Shown one piece after another: positions 53,318-64,000 of a stretch of 64,000 nt of DNA (positions are counted from its first letter, which is position 1; every line of letters begins with the position of its first letter). The stretch is from Octopus sinensis (lineage: Eukaryota): contig NC_043001.1 of assembly GCF_006345805.1 (NCBI RefSeq), positions 37,882,001 to 37,946,000 of the forward strand, read 5' to 3'. Under the pieces are notes generated by a model. That model had not been told where the DNA came from and did no database searches. It saw only the letters and a list, made by a program, of their open reading frames with translations. The position numbers and the translations under genes were made by a program.

Positions 53318-53524
53318 TGTGTGTGTGTGTGTGTGTATGTTTGTGTGTCTATGTTTGACAACCGATGCTGGTGTGTTTACATCCCCGTCACTTAGCGGTT
53401 CAGCAAGAGAGACTGATAGAATAAGTACTAGGCTTACAAAGAATAAGTCCTGGGGTCGATTTGCTCAACTAAAGGCGGTGCTCCAGCATGGCCGCAGTCA
53501 AATGACTGAAACAAATAAAAGAAT
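53109..53524 (+). mobile_element. Full-length SINE family A copy
   Basis: ATAGGCACAGGAGTAGCTGTGTGGTAAG head, B-box GGTTCAGTCCC, internal (GT)n, A-rich tail. Confidence 0.9.
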
Positions 53525-53615
53525 AATAATAATCCAACGATTATTATTATTATTGCTATATATATACATATACATATATATATATATATTATATATATAT
53601 ATATATAAACATATG

Positions 53616-54586
53616 TATTAGACAAAATGATATAACAAAGCCAAGGTTGTGAGGAATTTTCAGGAACGCCCAACATATACAGAGCTCCAGCATTGAACTC
53701 CAAACGTTAGACCACAACTATAACCGAACCTATTCAACTAACACTATCCAGAATACTACCACAACTTCCACCACTGTCACAAATATAACAATTAATAACA
53801 ACGATAGCAATAATAATGATAATAGTAATAATAATACTAGTAACTTAGACCTTTCTTCCACCATCTCTAACCTCTCCTTTGACAGTATTACCTCCTCCAT
53901 TCCTGAAAATAATCCCCAAAATACACCCACTTGCAACTGCCATCCTGGGTCCATCTGCCCTCTATAAATACATTGTAGAAGATCTAATGTAATTTATAAT
54001 CGCACCGTCCCTTTTTTTTTTCCATTCTGTTCACTTTTTCTCTTTTTTTTCTTTTTTTCTCTCATTTTCTCTTTCTGTTTTCATTTTGACCTATCTCCTC
54101 ATTCTAATCATACAAATCTCTCCCCACCATCTATCCACAAATACTACTAACACATTCTCAAATTTTCATTCACACCACAAGACCCTTTCAAATGAACAAC
54201 ACAGAATCCACAGCTCCATACTTTGAAATGACTAAACATGAACTACTATTGGAAAATTACATACCATGTACAGGGAACTTTTTTGCCACTTCTATACACC
54301 ACTTTCCTTGCATAATGGAACTGCAACTATATCTTTATATATTTAATTTTTTATTTCTACTTTCATTCTCTTATTTCCCTCTATATTCCCTGTCTCCTCC
54401 TTTTCCATAATAATTCCTCATTTGGAACTCAAATATTTATCTCTACTTAACCAGCTCACATCATCTCTGATGAAAGGATATCCATAATATCCCAGAAACA
54501 GCTGTTACCATATCTATATCTTTTTCCTTATAAATGTCCTGAAAACTCCTCACAGCCTTGGCTTTGTTATCTCATTTTGTCTAATA
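53616..54586 (+). mobile_element. Penelope-like 3' fragment (GIY-YIG remnant) with inverted termini
   Basis: CNC...CPL...C...VIY motif; ~50-bp inverted arms at 53616-53665/54537-54586; CTGATGA...GAAA motif. Confidence 0.7.
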
Positions 54587-54649
54587 TATATATATGCATG
54601 CTAATACAAGACCCACATTAGACTCCTCATTTGTATCACTATTGAACCA

Positions 54650-55082
54650 AGATTTAACGTCCTTCTATGTTGGCATGGATAGGACAGTTTGACAGGAGCT
54701 GGCAAGGCAGAAGCCTGCATCATACTTCTGGGTCTGTTTGGCATGGTTTTTATGACTTGATGCCCTTCCTAACACCAACCACCCTGCAGAGTGGGCTGAG
54801 TGCTTTTTACATGGCATCAGCACAGACGAGGTCAGATTTGGCATGGTTCTTACAACTGAATGACCTTCCAAATGCCAACCACTTTACAGCGTGGACTTGA
54901 TGCTTTTAAGTGGTAGCAGCACTGGCAGGGTCACCAAGTAGCTTTGCAGGACAAGGAATCTTTGAGAGGGATGGGGGCATTGGAGGAGATCTTGTGTCAC
55001 ATGATGAATGGCTAGAGTATGACAGACAGAAACAGGTGTCATGCTGTAGAGGAGGTACATGGTTACCCAGCCAGAGAGAAAG

Positions 55083-55157
<75 letters not shown>

Positions 55158-58100
55158 AAGAGAGGGAGATATATCATCATCATCATCATCATCATTTAAC
55201 GTCCGTTGTCCATGCTGACATTGGTTGGACAGTTTGACCAGGGCTGGCAAGCTGGAAGGCTGCACCAGACTCCAGTCTGATTTGGCATGATTTTCTACAG
55301 TTGGATGCCCTTCCTAATGCCAACCATTCCAAGAGTGTAATGGGTGCTTTTACATGTTACTGGCATGGGTGCCATTTGCATGATACCAGTATTTGCCACG
55401 ACTGTGATTTTACTTGGCTTGATGTGTTTTCTTCTCAAGCATAACAAAATACCAAGATCTCAGTCATTCGTTATTTCCTCCATGAGGCCCAACATTTGAA
55501 AGAGAGCATTTCATGTGCTACCAGCATCAGCCACATTGCCTTTGTGAGGCCCAACGCTTGAAAGGTGCTCTTTATGTACCAGTTACTTGACACCAGCATC
55601 AGCCACGACTACACCGTACACTTTGAAAGACTTTCAGAATGGAAATCATGCCAAAGCAGACATTGGAACAGAATACAGTCTTTAGACAACCCCCCATTGT
55701 TCCTGTCAAACCATCCAATCCATACGAGCATGAAAGATGAACATAGAATGTTACCGCTGCTGCTGCTGATGATGATGATGACGCTGATATATGGTGATCA
55801 TTATCATCATTTAACATCTCCTTTCCATACTGGCATGAGTTGGGCAGTTTGACAGGAGCTGGCTAAGCCAGAGCCAGACCAGGTTACATTGTCAGTTTTG
55901 ATATGGTTTCTACAGTTAGATGCCCTTCTTAACGTCAACCACTTTAGACGCCTTTCCTAATACTATTTTACAGAGTGTACTGGGTACTTTTTATGTGGCA
56001 TGAGCATTAGTGCTTTTTACATGACACCAGCACCAGTGTTTTTTACCTGACATCAGCACTGTCACGTTCACCAAGTACCTTGCACAAGAAAAAACCCTTC
56101 AACTAGGAGGCAGGAGTACTATTGAAATCATGAGGTTTTGTGGCAGTTGAGAGATTCAAGGTTTAGAAGGGACAGATCTAAGTGTCTTGCTGAAGAGTAG
56201 ATACATGCACACCCCAGTTGGGAAACATTGGAGAGTAAGATAAAAAGAGTGATAGGGAAAGAGGTAATGGCTGAGTCGTGTCAAGACATGCTCTTAAGGG
56301 ACACTTTCAAGCTTTCACAAGTCTTCTGTACCCAAAACCCATGTTTCACTGCTATGTAGCATAGCTTTACATACACAAGCATCATACAATCTACCTTTCA
56401 TTCTGAGAAGGAGGCCTTTAGTTACCAACAAAGGTAGGAACTCTCTGGACTTTGCCCAGACCATTCTTATTCTAGCAACTACACTTTAAGAACTTCCTCC
56501 TCCACTGCTAACTTGGTTACCTAGGTAACAGAAGCCTTCTAGTACTTCTGATCCTCCCACCACTGAGCATTTGAGGGTTTGCACATATTGTTTGTGCATT
56601 TTTTATGTATATTGTACCTGTACATTTGTCATACACAAAGTCTATTTTCTTCATTAACCTCCCTCTAATACTGCTACACCTCTTATATGTCCAAAGACTG
56701 CACTGGGTACAACATATGAAGTTTTTACCAACACCCTTATTACATATCAAGCACGGCCATCTCCCTGAAGGGACATGTAATTTGTTTTCCTATTTACTAG
56801 GACCTTCAGATACACACACACACACACACAATTATGTGCGCAAATATATGCCCATAGTTCTCCTATGCCCAAGCTCATGTGTGAACAAATATAAACACAC
56901 ATATACAAGAAGTCATATGCGCACATGCACTTGAACTTCCTTCACAAAGGTGGTGATGATTCAATTGAGATCATGACTAGACAGCCTTTAACAAAATTTT
57001 CTGATAGAAACTGAAAGTTATTTGCTTATCAACAGAGAACCCTTATATTTAGTGATTGTAAGAGTGACAGACAGATTGATAGAGACAGGTCCATAATATC
57101 ACAGAGAGAAAAAGAGAAAGAGAGGTGATACAATTACTATCCTTAAGATAGAATTCAAATTGAGAAATTGTTGGGGGATAGGCTTTAGGGTCTAAAGGAA
57201 ATTGTAACACAGTTATACAGTCACATACACAGGAGCAGTAATAAAGTTCAAAAGGCTGAAGATGATAAAAAATTAGTTTGCTTAGCTTAGTTTTAGTCCA
57301 GGTGGCAACTCAGTACACCAGCCCAACCATTTGGAGGTAAACTGAGACCATGTGTTTAAGTCCCTTCGTAATACCCAAAGACCCATGACAACACAAGAGA
57401 ATCTGTAAGTGTTGGAAGAACTATGAGCCTTTTTACTATCATCATCAGCATTATTTACAATATGCAAGAGCGATGGAAGAACTATTAACCCATTTACCAC
57501 CACCACTGCTGCTGACACCATCGTAATTGTTATTATCATCATCATCAAGATTGTACAAAGAGCACATCTACCAAATATATCCTTTATGACTCAATACAAG
57601 AGAGTTTGACAGAAACTAAAAGTTATTTGCCTATTGATAAGGAACTCTTATTTTTAGTCCTTCTAAGAGAAATAAACAGAATGAAAGAGAGGGACAGACA
57701 TACACACATAAATCATCATCATCATCGTTTAACGTCCGCTTTCCATGCTAGCATGGGTTGAACGAATGACTGAGGGCTAGCAAACCAGATGGCTGCACCA
57801 GGCTTCAATCTTGATCTGGCAGAGTTTCTACAGCTGGATACCCTTCCTAATGCCAACCATTCCAAGACTGTAGTGGGTGCTTTTACGTGCCACCAGCACG
57901 GGGCCAGTCAGGCAGTACTGGCAACGACCTCGCTCAAATCTTTTACACATGCCACCGGCACAAGTGCCAGTAAGGCGATGCTGGTAACGATCACGCTCAG
58001 ATGGTGTCTTTTACGTTCCACTGGCACAGAGGCCAGATAGCCACTCTGGCAACGATCAGGCTCGGATGGTGCTCTTAATACCCTACTAGCACAGGGCTCA

Positions 58101-59270
58101 AATGCCAGTAAGGCGATGCTGGTAACGATCACGCTTGAATGGTGCCTTTTAAGTGCCACTGGCATGGAAGCCAGTTAGCCGCTCTGTCAATGATCATATT
58201 CGTATGGTGCTCTTTGCACCCCGCTAGCACGGACACCAGTCATCGAATTGTGCATATATATATATAATCATCATTTAATGTCCAATGACCATGCCAGCAT
58301 TGGTTGGACAGTTTGACCAGGCTGGCACACTGGAAGGCTGCACCAGACTTCAGTCTGACTTGGCATAGTTTTCTATGGCTGGATGTCCTTCTTAATGCCA
58401 ACCACTATAAGAGTGTAATGGGTGCTTTTATATGCCACTGGAATGGGTTTGATTTGCATGACACGGGTGCCAATTTGCATGACACCAGTATCTGCCATGC
58501 CTGCAATTTTGCTCAGCTTGATGGGTCTTCTTCTCAAGCACAACATAATGCCAAAGGTCTCAGTTATTGCCTCCATGAGGCCCAACGCTCAAAAGGAACT
58601 CAGCCACTTTGCCTTTGTGAGGCCCAACAGTCAAAAGGTATTCATTACATGCCACCAGCACAAGTGTACTTGGCTTGATGGGTCCTCTCATGCACAGTAC
58701 ATCAGCAAAAGTCTTGGTCACTAGTCATTGCCTCTGTGAGGCTCAAAGTTCAAAGATCATGCTTCACAATCTCGTTTCATGTCCTCCTGGATCTACTTCT
58801 ACCACTAGTTCCCTCCACAGTTAGAGATTGGCACTTCTTTACACAGCTATCCTCATCCATATGCATCACATAACCATACCAGCGCAGTCATCTGTTGCAC
58901 ACTACATCTGATGCCTCTTATGCCTAACTTTTCACTCAAGATGTTTATACTCTGTTGAGCATGCACACTGACAATGCACATCCAGCAAAGCATACTGGCT
59001 TCATTTCTTTCAAGCCTATGTATATCCTTGGCTGTCACAGCCCACATTACACTGTCATGCAGCATAGCTGTTTGCACTCAGGAATCAAACAACCTGCCTT
59101 TCACTCTGAGAGAGAGCCCTTTGTTGCCAGCAGGGGTAGGAGCTCTCTGAACTTTGCCCATCCTAATCTTATTCTCACAGTTACGCTCTCTGAGCATCCA
59201 CTTCCACTACTAACTTGGTCACCTAGATCAGTGCTACTTAAAGTGGGGGTCCACAGCGAGTTTCCAGAAA
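54650..59270 (-). mobile_element. Cluster of RTE 3'UTR and ORF2 fragments (~54650-54900, 55177-55650, 55800-56080, 56370-56790, 57713-58250, 58268-59270)
   Basis: Repeated CAT-tailed 3' ends; MLHDSVMWAVT..RLERNEASML and CTQCSLWTYKRC traces. Confidence 0.75.
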
Positions 59271-59363
59271 AGAAAGAAACATTATAAAATGCTTATGTAA
59301 TACTATGTTATTTGTTTACAAAATAAATATAAGATAAAAACAATTGTCAACTTTTATTATATT

Positions 59364-61157
59364 CATCATCATCATCATCATCATTTAACGTCCGCTTTCC
59401 ATGCTAGCATGGGTTGGACGGTTCAACTGGGGTCTGGGGAGCCCGAAAGCTGCACCAGTCCAGTCAGATCTGGCAGTGTTTCTACAGCTGGATGCCCTTC
59501 TAACGCAAACCACTCCGAGAGTGTAGTGGGTGATTTTATGTGCCACCGACACAGGTGCCAGACGAGGCTGACAAATGGCCACGCTCGGATGGTGTTTTTA
59601 TGTGCCACCGACACAGGTGCCAGACGAGGCTGGCAGACGGCCACGCTGGGATGGTGTTTTTTATGTGCCACGACAGGTGCCAGACGAGGCTGGCAGAAGG
59701 CCACGCTCGGATGGTGTTTTTATGTGCCACCGACACAGGTGCCGACGAGGCTGGCAGACGGCCACGCTCGGATGGTGTTTTTATGTGCCACCGACACAGG
59801 TGCCAGATGAGGCTGGCAAACGGCACGATCGGATGGTGCTTGTTACGTGCCCACAGCACGGAGGCCAGTCGATGCGGTACTGGCTACGGCCACGTTCGGA
59901 TGGTTTTCTTATGTGCCACGGGCACTGGTACCACAAAGATACAGATTCCATTGATGTTCATCTATTTTGATTTGTTTTGATTTGTTTTGTTCACTTGCCT
60001 CAACAGGTCTTCACAAGTGTCACAAGAAGGAAGGTATGCACAGGTGGACTGACTACGTCCCAGGTAGGGGCCATGGGTTATGGCCTGACTAGTCTTGCCG
60101 GGTCTTCGGATGGTGTTTTTATGTGCCACCGACACAGGTGCTAGATGAGGCTGGCGAACGGCCACGATCGGATGGTTGTTTGTCATGTGCCCACCGCACT
60201 GACTACGGCACTGATGGATTTCTTGTGTGCCACAGGCACTGGTACACCAAGATACAAATTCCATTGATGTTCATCTATTTTGTCTATTTTGATTGATTTG
60301 ATTTTGATTTTCACTTGCCTCAACCGGTCTTCACAAGTGTCACAAGAAGGAAGGAAGGTATGCACAGGTGGACTGACTAGTCTGCCGGGTCTCGGAAGGT
60401 GTTTTTTATGTGCCACCGACACAAGGTGCCAGATGAGGCTGGCGAACGGCCATGATCGGATGGTTGTGTTACATGCCCACAGCACGGAGGCGGTCGATGC
60501 GGAACTGGCTACGGCCACGTTCGGATGGTTCTCATGTGTGCCACCGGCAGGTGTTGTTAGTGCCCACAGCACGGAGGCCGGTCGATGCGGAACTGGCTAC
60601 GGCCACGTTCGGATGGTTCTCATGTGTGCCACCGGCACTGGTACCACAAAGTGTGTGCCACCGGCACTGGTACCACAAAGATACAGATTCCATTGATGTT
60701 CATCTATTTTGATTTGTTTTGATTGATTTGATTTTCACTTGCCTCAACAGGTCTTCACAAGTGTCACAAGAAGGAAGGTATGCACAGGTGGACTGACTAC
60801 GTCCCAGGTAGGGGCCATGGGTTATGGCCTGACTAGTCTTGCCGGTCTTCGGATGGTGTTTGATGTGCCACCGACACAGGTGCTAGATGAGGCTGGCGAA
60901 CGGCCACGATCGGATGGTGTTTGTCATGTGCCCAGAGAACGGAGGCCAGTCGATGCGGTACTGGCTACGGCCACTTTCGGATGGTTTTCTCTTGTGTGCC
61001 ACCGGCACTGGTACCACAAAGATACAAATTCCATTGATGTTCATCTATTTTGATTTGTTTTGATTTGATTTTGATTTTGATTTTGATTTTCACTTGCCTC
61101 AACAGGCCTTCACAAGTATCACAAGGAGGAAGGTATGCACAGGTGGACTGACTACGT
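59364..61157 (-). mobile_element. Multimeric RTE-tailed retroposon (array B), same family as array A
   Basis: Reverse-complement markers near 59948, 60261, 60690, 61031; (CAT)n at 59364; same unit junction; candidate TSD ATATTCAT. Confidence 0.85.
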
Positions 61158-61656
61158 GTGCATATTCATTATATATATTGTTTCCAGCATAAATTAATAT
61201 TACTAAGAAATATTACCGGTCCCTGGCGCACTGGAAAAAAAAAACTGCTGGTACACCACATCAGTTAGTTTGAGAAGCAATGACTTAGATAACAGAAGCT
61301 ATATACAATCTCTAGCCCCTCTGCAGTTGATGGAGTCTATTTTCTGCCCATTTTTATATATATATAAAAACAGACTACCAAATTTCACTCATAAACCATT
61401 GGACAGACTCTGAAACTATGTGGTTTGGAAGTAAACTTCCTACCTACACAGATTATATCATAAAAGCTAGACAAAAATAGCAAGATATCTAAAATGTAGA
61501 TCAGTGTAAGAGGTCCAGATACAGTTAGACATTAACCCCATAACAACTTATAATACTAACATGGAATTGCTAAAGGCTGTTTTAATCTAATCACAATTGA
61601 AGTGATTAAGATTACATATACACAAAATAGTTTATCTATAAACATAAATAATATTT

Positions 61657-61875
61657 TTTATTGTTTCTGGGGAGAGTCATTCTGTTTTATGCCTTATCAA
61701 TCAACACACTCACTTGTTCAATTTCCACTCATTTACTTATATCAATGACTATTGAAGAGGTTGCAAGAAGCAAAGGAAATTTTAGAAAAAATAAGTAAAT
61801 GAATGGAAATTGAACTGGTGAGTGTGTTAATTAATAAGGCATTAAAACAGAATAACTCTCCCCAGACACAATAAA
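61657..61875. mobile_element. Fold-back/MITE with ~85-bp arms
   Basis: TTTATTGTTTCTGGGGAGAGT...ACTCTCCCCAGACACAATAAA. Confidence 0.8.
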
Positions 61876-63339
61876 TCATGCTTCAATACATGAATTCACA
61901 TAAAGAATCTTGCAAACCAAATAAAAAAACAACATAAATAACATATGATACTGGTAATAACAAATAAATCATATTTAAATAGTAGATATAATTTTTATTA
62001 CCAGGATGGAAAAAAGGTTGTTTACAGAATGTTATTATGTACAATATGAATGTGCATTCATTATGTGTATATGTGTGCATGTGTGGTAAGTAGTTAGCTG
62101 TCTAAGCCTGCATAGAAGGTCTTATCTCTTTAGCATCTAACTGGATTCCAGAAGCAGAAAATCCACTTGCACCCTACAAAAAGAAAATGAATAAATACAA
62201 TATAGTAAAGAGAATGTTAAAGAAAAGAGAAAAAAACATAGCTATAAGATAGCATGGCACAAATTCCATTTCTTCATTTCAGTTATCAATGTTCTTAGAA
62301 AAGTTAAGAATGCCATAATTTTCCATTTCTTTTCACTAAAATATGAAGTAAAGATAATTATATAACAAAAAAAAGTAATAATTTGATGTCAACTTTATAA
62401 CATCTAAATTATCAATAAAGTTAATACAAACATATACATCCAGAACCACACTAATAGCTTAGGAGTGAAATTTAGGATTTCTCGGTTTTCTGTGAATTGA
62501 TTTTGATAAAACTTTTCCCACCTAGTTTACACATTAGGGGAACACTATTGTTATGGTTTCATTATTCTCTGTAATGTCTTTTCTTTTTTATTTCAGATTC
62601 TTCAGTTTGGGGGTGAACCACGCTAATAGCTTTTGAATGAAAATAGCCCATTTAGACATTTTTTTTCAGAAAATGGAGAGTAATGATACATATTAAGCAT
62701 AGATTGAGTGTATATTTAACAGAAAATCATAATAATATTATAACATTTATTAACATAGTGAATTATTTAGCCACATGAGTGCCATTTCAACAAATAACTT
62801 CAAAAGCTCTATTAGTCTCTATTCGTCATGGAATCTGTCAATTGCTTAATAGTAGCTGGTGGGATAATTAAATTCCATAATCTTTAAATTGGACATTACT
62901 TTTGCACCAACCTGATATATATTCTTTTATTCTTTTACATGTTTCAGTCATCTGAGTGCAGCCATGCTGGAGCACTACCTTAAATAGTTTTAGTTGAAGA
63001 AACTGACCCCAGGACTTATTCTTCATAAACCTAGTACTTATTCTATCGGTCTCTTTTGCTAAACTGCTAAGTTACAGGGGCATAAACACACCAACAATGG
63101 TCATCAGTGTGGGTGGGGGGACAAACACTGACACAAAGACACACACAGAGAAACATATACATACATATATGATGGGGATTCTTTCAGCTTCTGTCTACCA
63201 AATCCACTCACAAGGCTTTGGTCAGTCCCAGGCTATAGTAAAAGACACTTGCTCAAAGTGCCACACAGTGGGATTGAACTTGGGAGCATGTGGTCGAGAA
63301 GCAAGCTTCTTACCACACACATATATATATATATATCAA

Positions 63340-64000
63340 ATCATTGGGTCATTCCATAAATGTGTTTTTTTATACTTTTTTTATTTTTCAAAGTTAAGAC
63401 AAACAAAGTTCTTTTTTAATCTAAAATATATTCTCCTTCGTTTTCTACAATGCTCTTCCATCTATCTGGTAGACTTGCAAGGTCCCTCTTCTATAATTCA
63501 CTTGTCCATGACAAAAAATACTCCACCGGTACTGTTCTGACATTGTCTACAGAATTCATATACTTTCCATCCAAATGATTTTGAGGACTGTAGAATAAAT
63601 GATAATCAGATGGGGTAATATCTGGCAAATATGGTGGGTGGGGCATCGTTCACTATTCAAACTGCTCCAGCCTTTGGAATGTCATCCTTGTTTAATTGGT
63701 CCCCTAGGTAACAGAAATTATCTACTACCTCTAGTGAGCCACCAGGGCATTTGAGAGAATCAATTTCCTGAGTCTTTATCATTTTTATGGATCCTGTATA
63801 TCTTCCACATACAAACACTGCTTCTCAGATAGCCTTCGTATTCATCCACAACAGCTCTCATGTCCATACCTTATACTGGTACACCATATGGAGTTCCTGC
63901 CTTACCTTTCCTACAAATTGAACAGGGCCACCTACTTGAAGTGGGTAGGATCCTGTCAGTTTTCTTGCTAACTAAGACCTTATTCTTTGCTAAGTTAACC
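63340..64000 (-). mobile_element. Mariner 3' remnant (~63340-63590) abutting an RTE ORF2 remnant running off the window
   Basis: TIR-like GGGTCATTCCATAA, RWKSIVENEG; RWPCSICRKG and LEVVDNFCYLG. Confidence 0.6.

Noticed and set aside
61745-61785. TTGAAGA-GGTTGC...GCAA..GAAA in the loop of the 61657-61875 fold-back as a fossil hammerhead
   Set aside because: Core mutated and stems I and III absent; cannot be told from chance

Overview
AT-rich, microsatellite-dense eukaryotic DNA. The repeat families resemble those of octopus (inferred from memory, not from a search). I could assemble one host gene by hand, most of which the ORF track misses. It is a 5-exon + strand gene (19551-46901, 509 aa) encoding a predicted type I membrane protein: signal peptide, divergent 8-Cys MAM-like domain, (PTTTT[R/T])n mucin stalk, TM helix and short tail. 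The rest is mostly decayed mobile DNA: RTE, CR1, R4/Dong, Tx1-like and Penelope retroelements, two tRNA-derived SINE families, mariner, hAT, Helitron-like elements and MITEs. Best leads are (i) two oppositely oriented multimeric RTE-tailed retroposons with ~340-bp units carrying covarying hairpin/pseudoknot modules, (ii) four Penelope-type minimal hammerhead motifs, three with non-U at core position 4, and (iii) a possible secreted Gln-rich isoform of the host gene from exon-4 skipping. All structure and function claims come from manual inspection and are untested.
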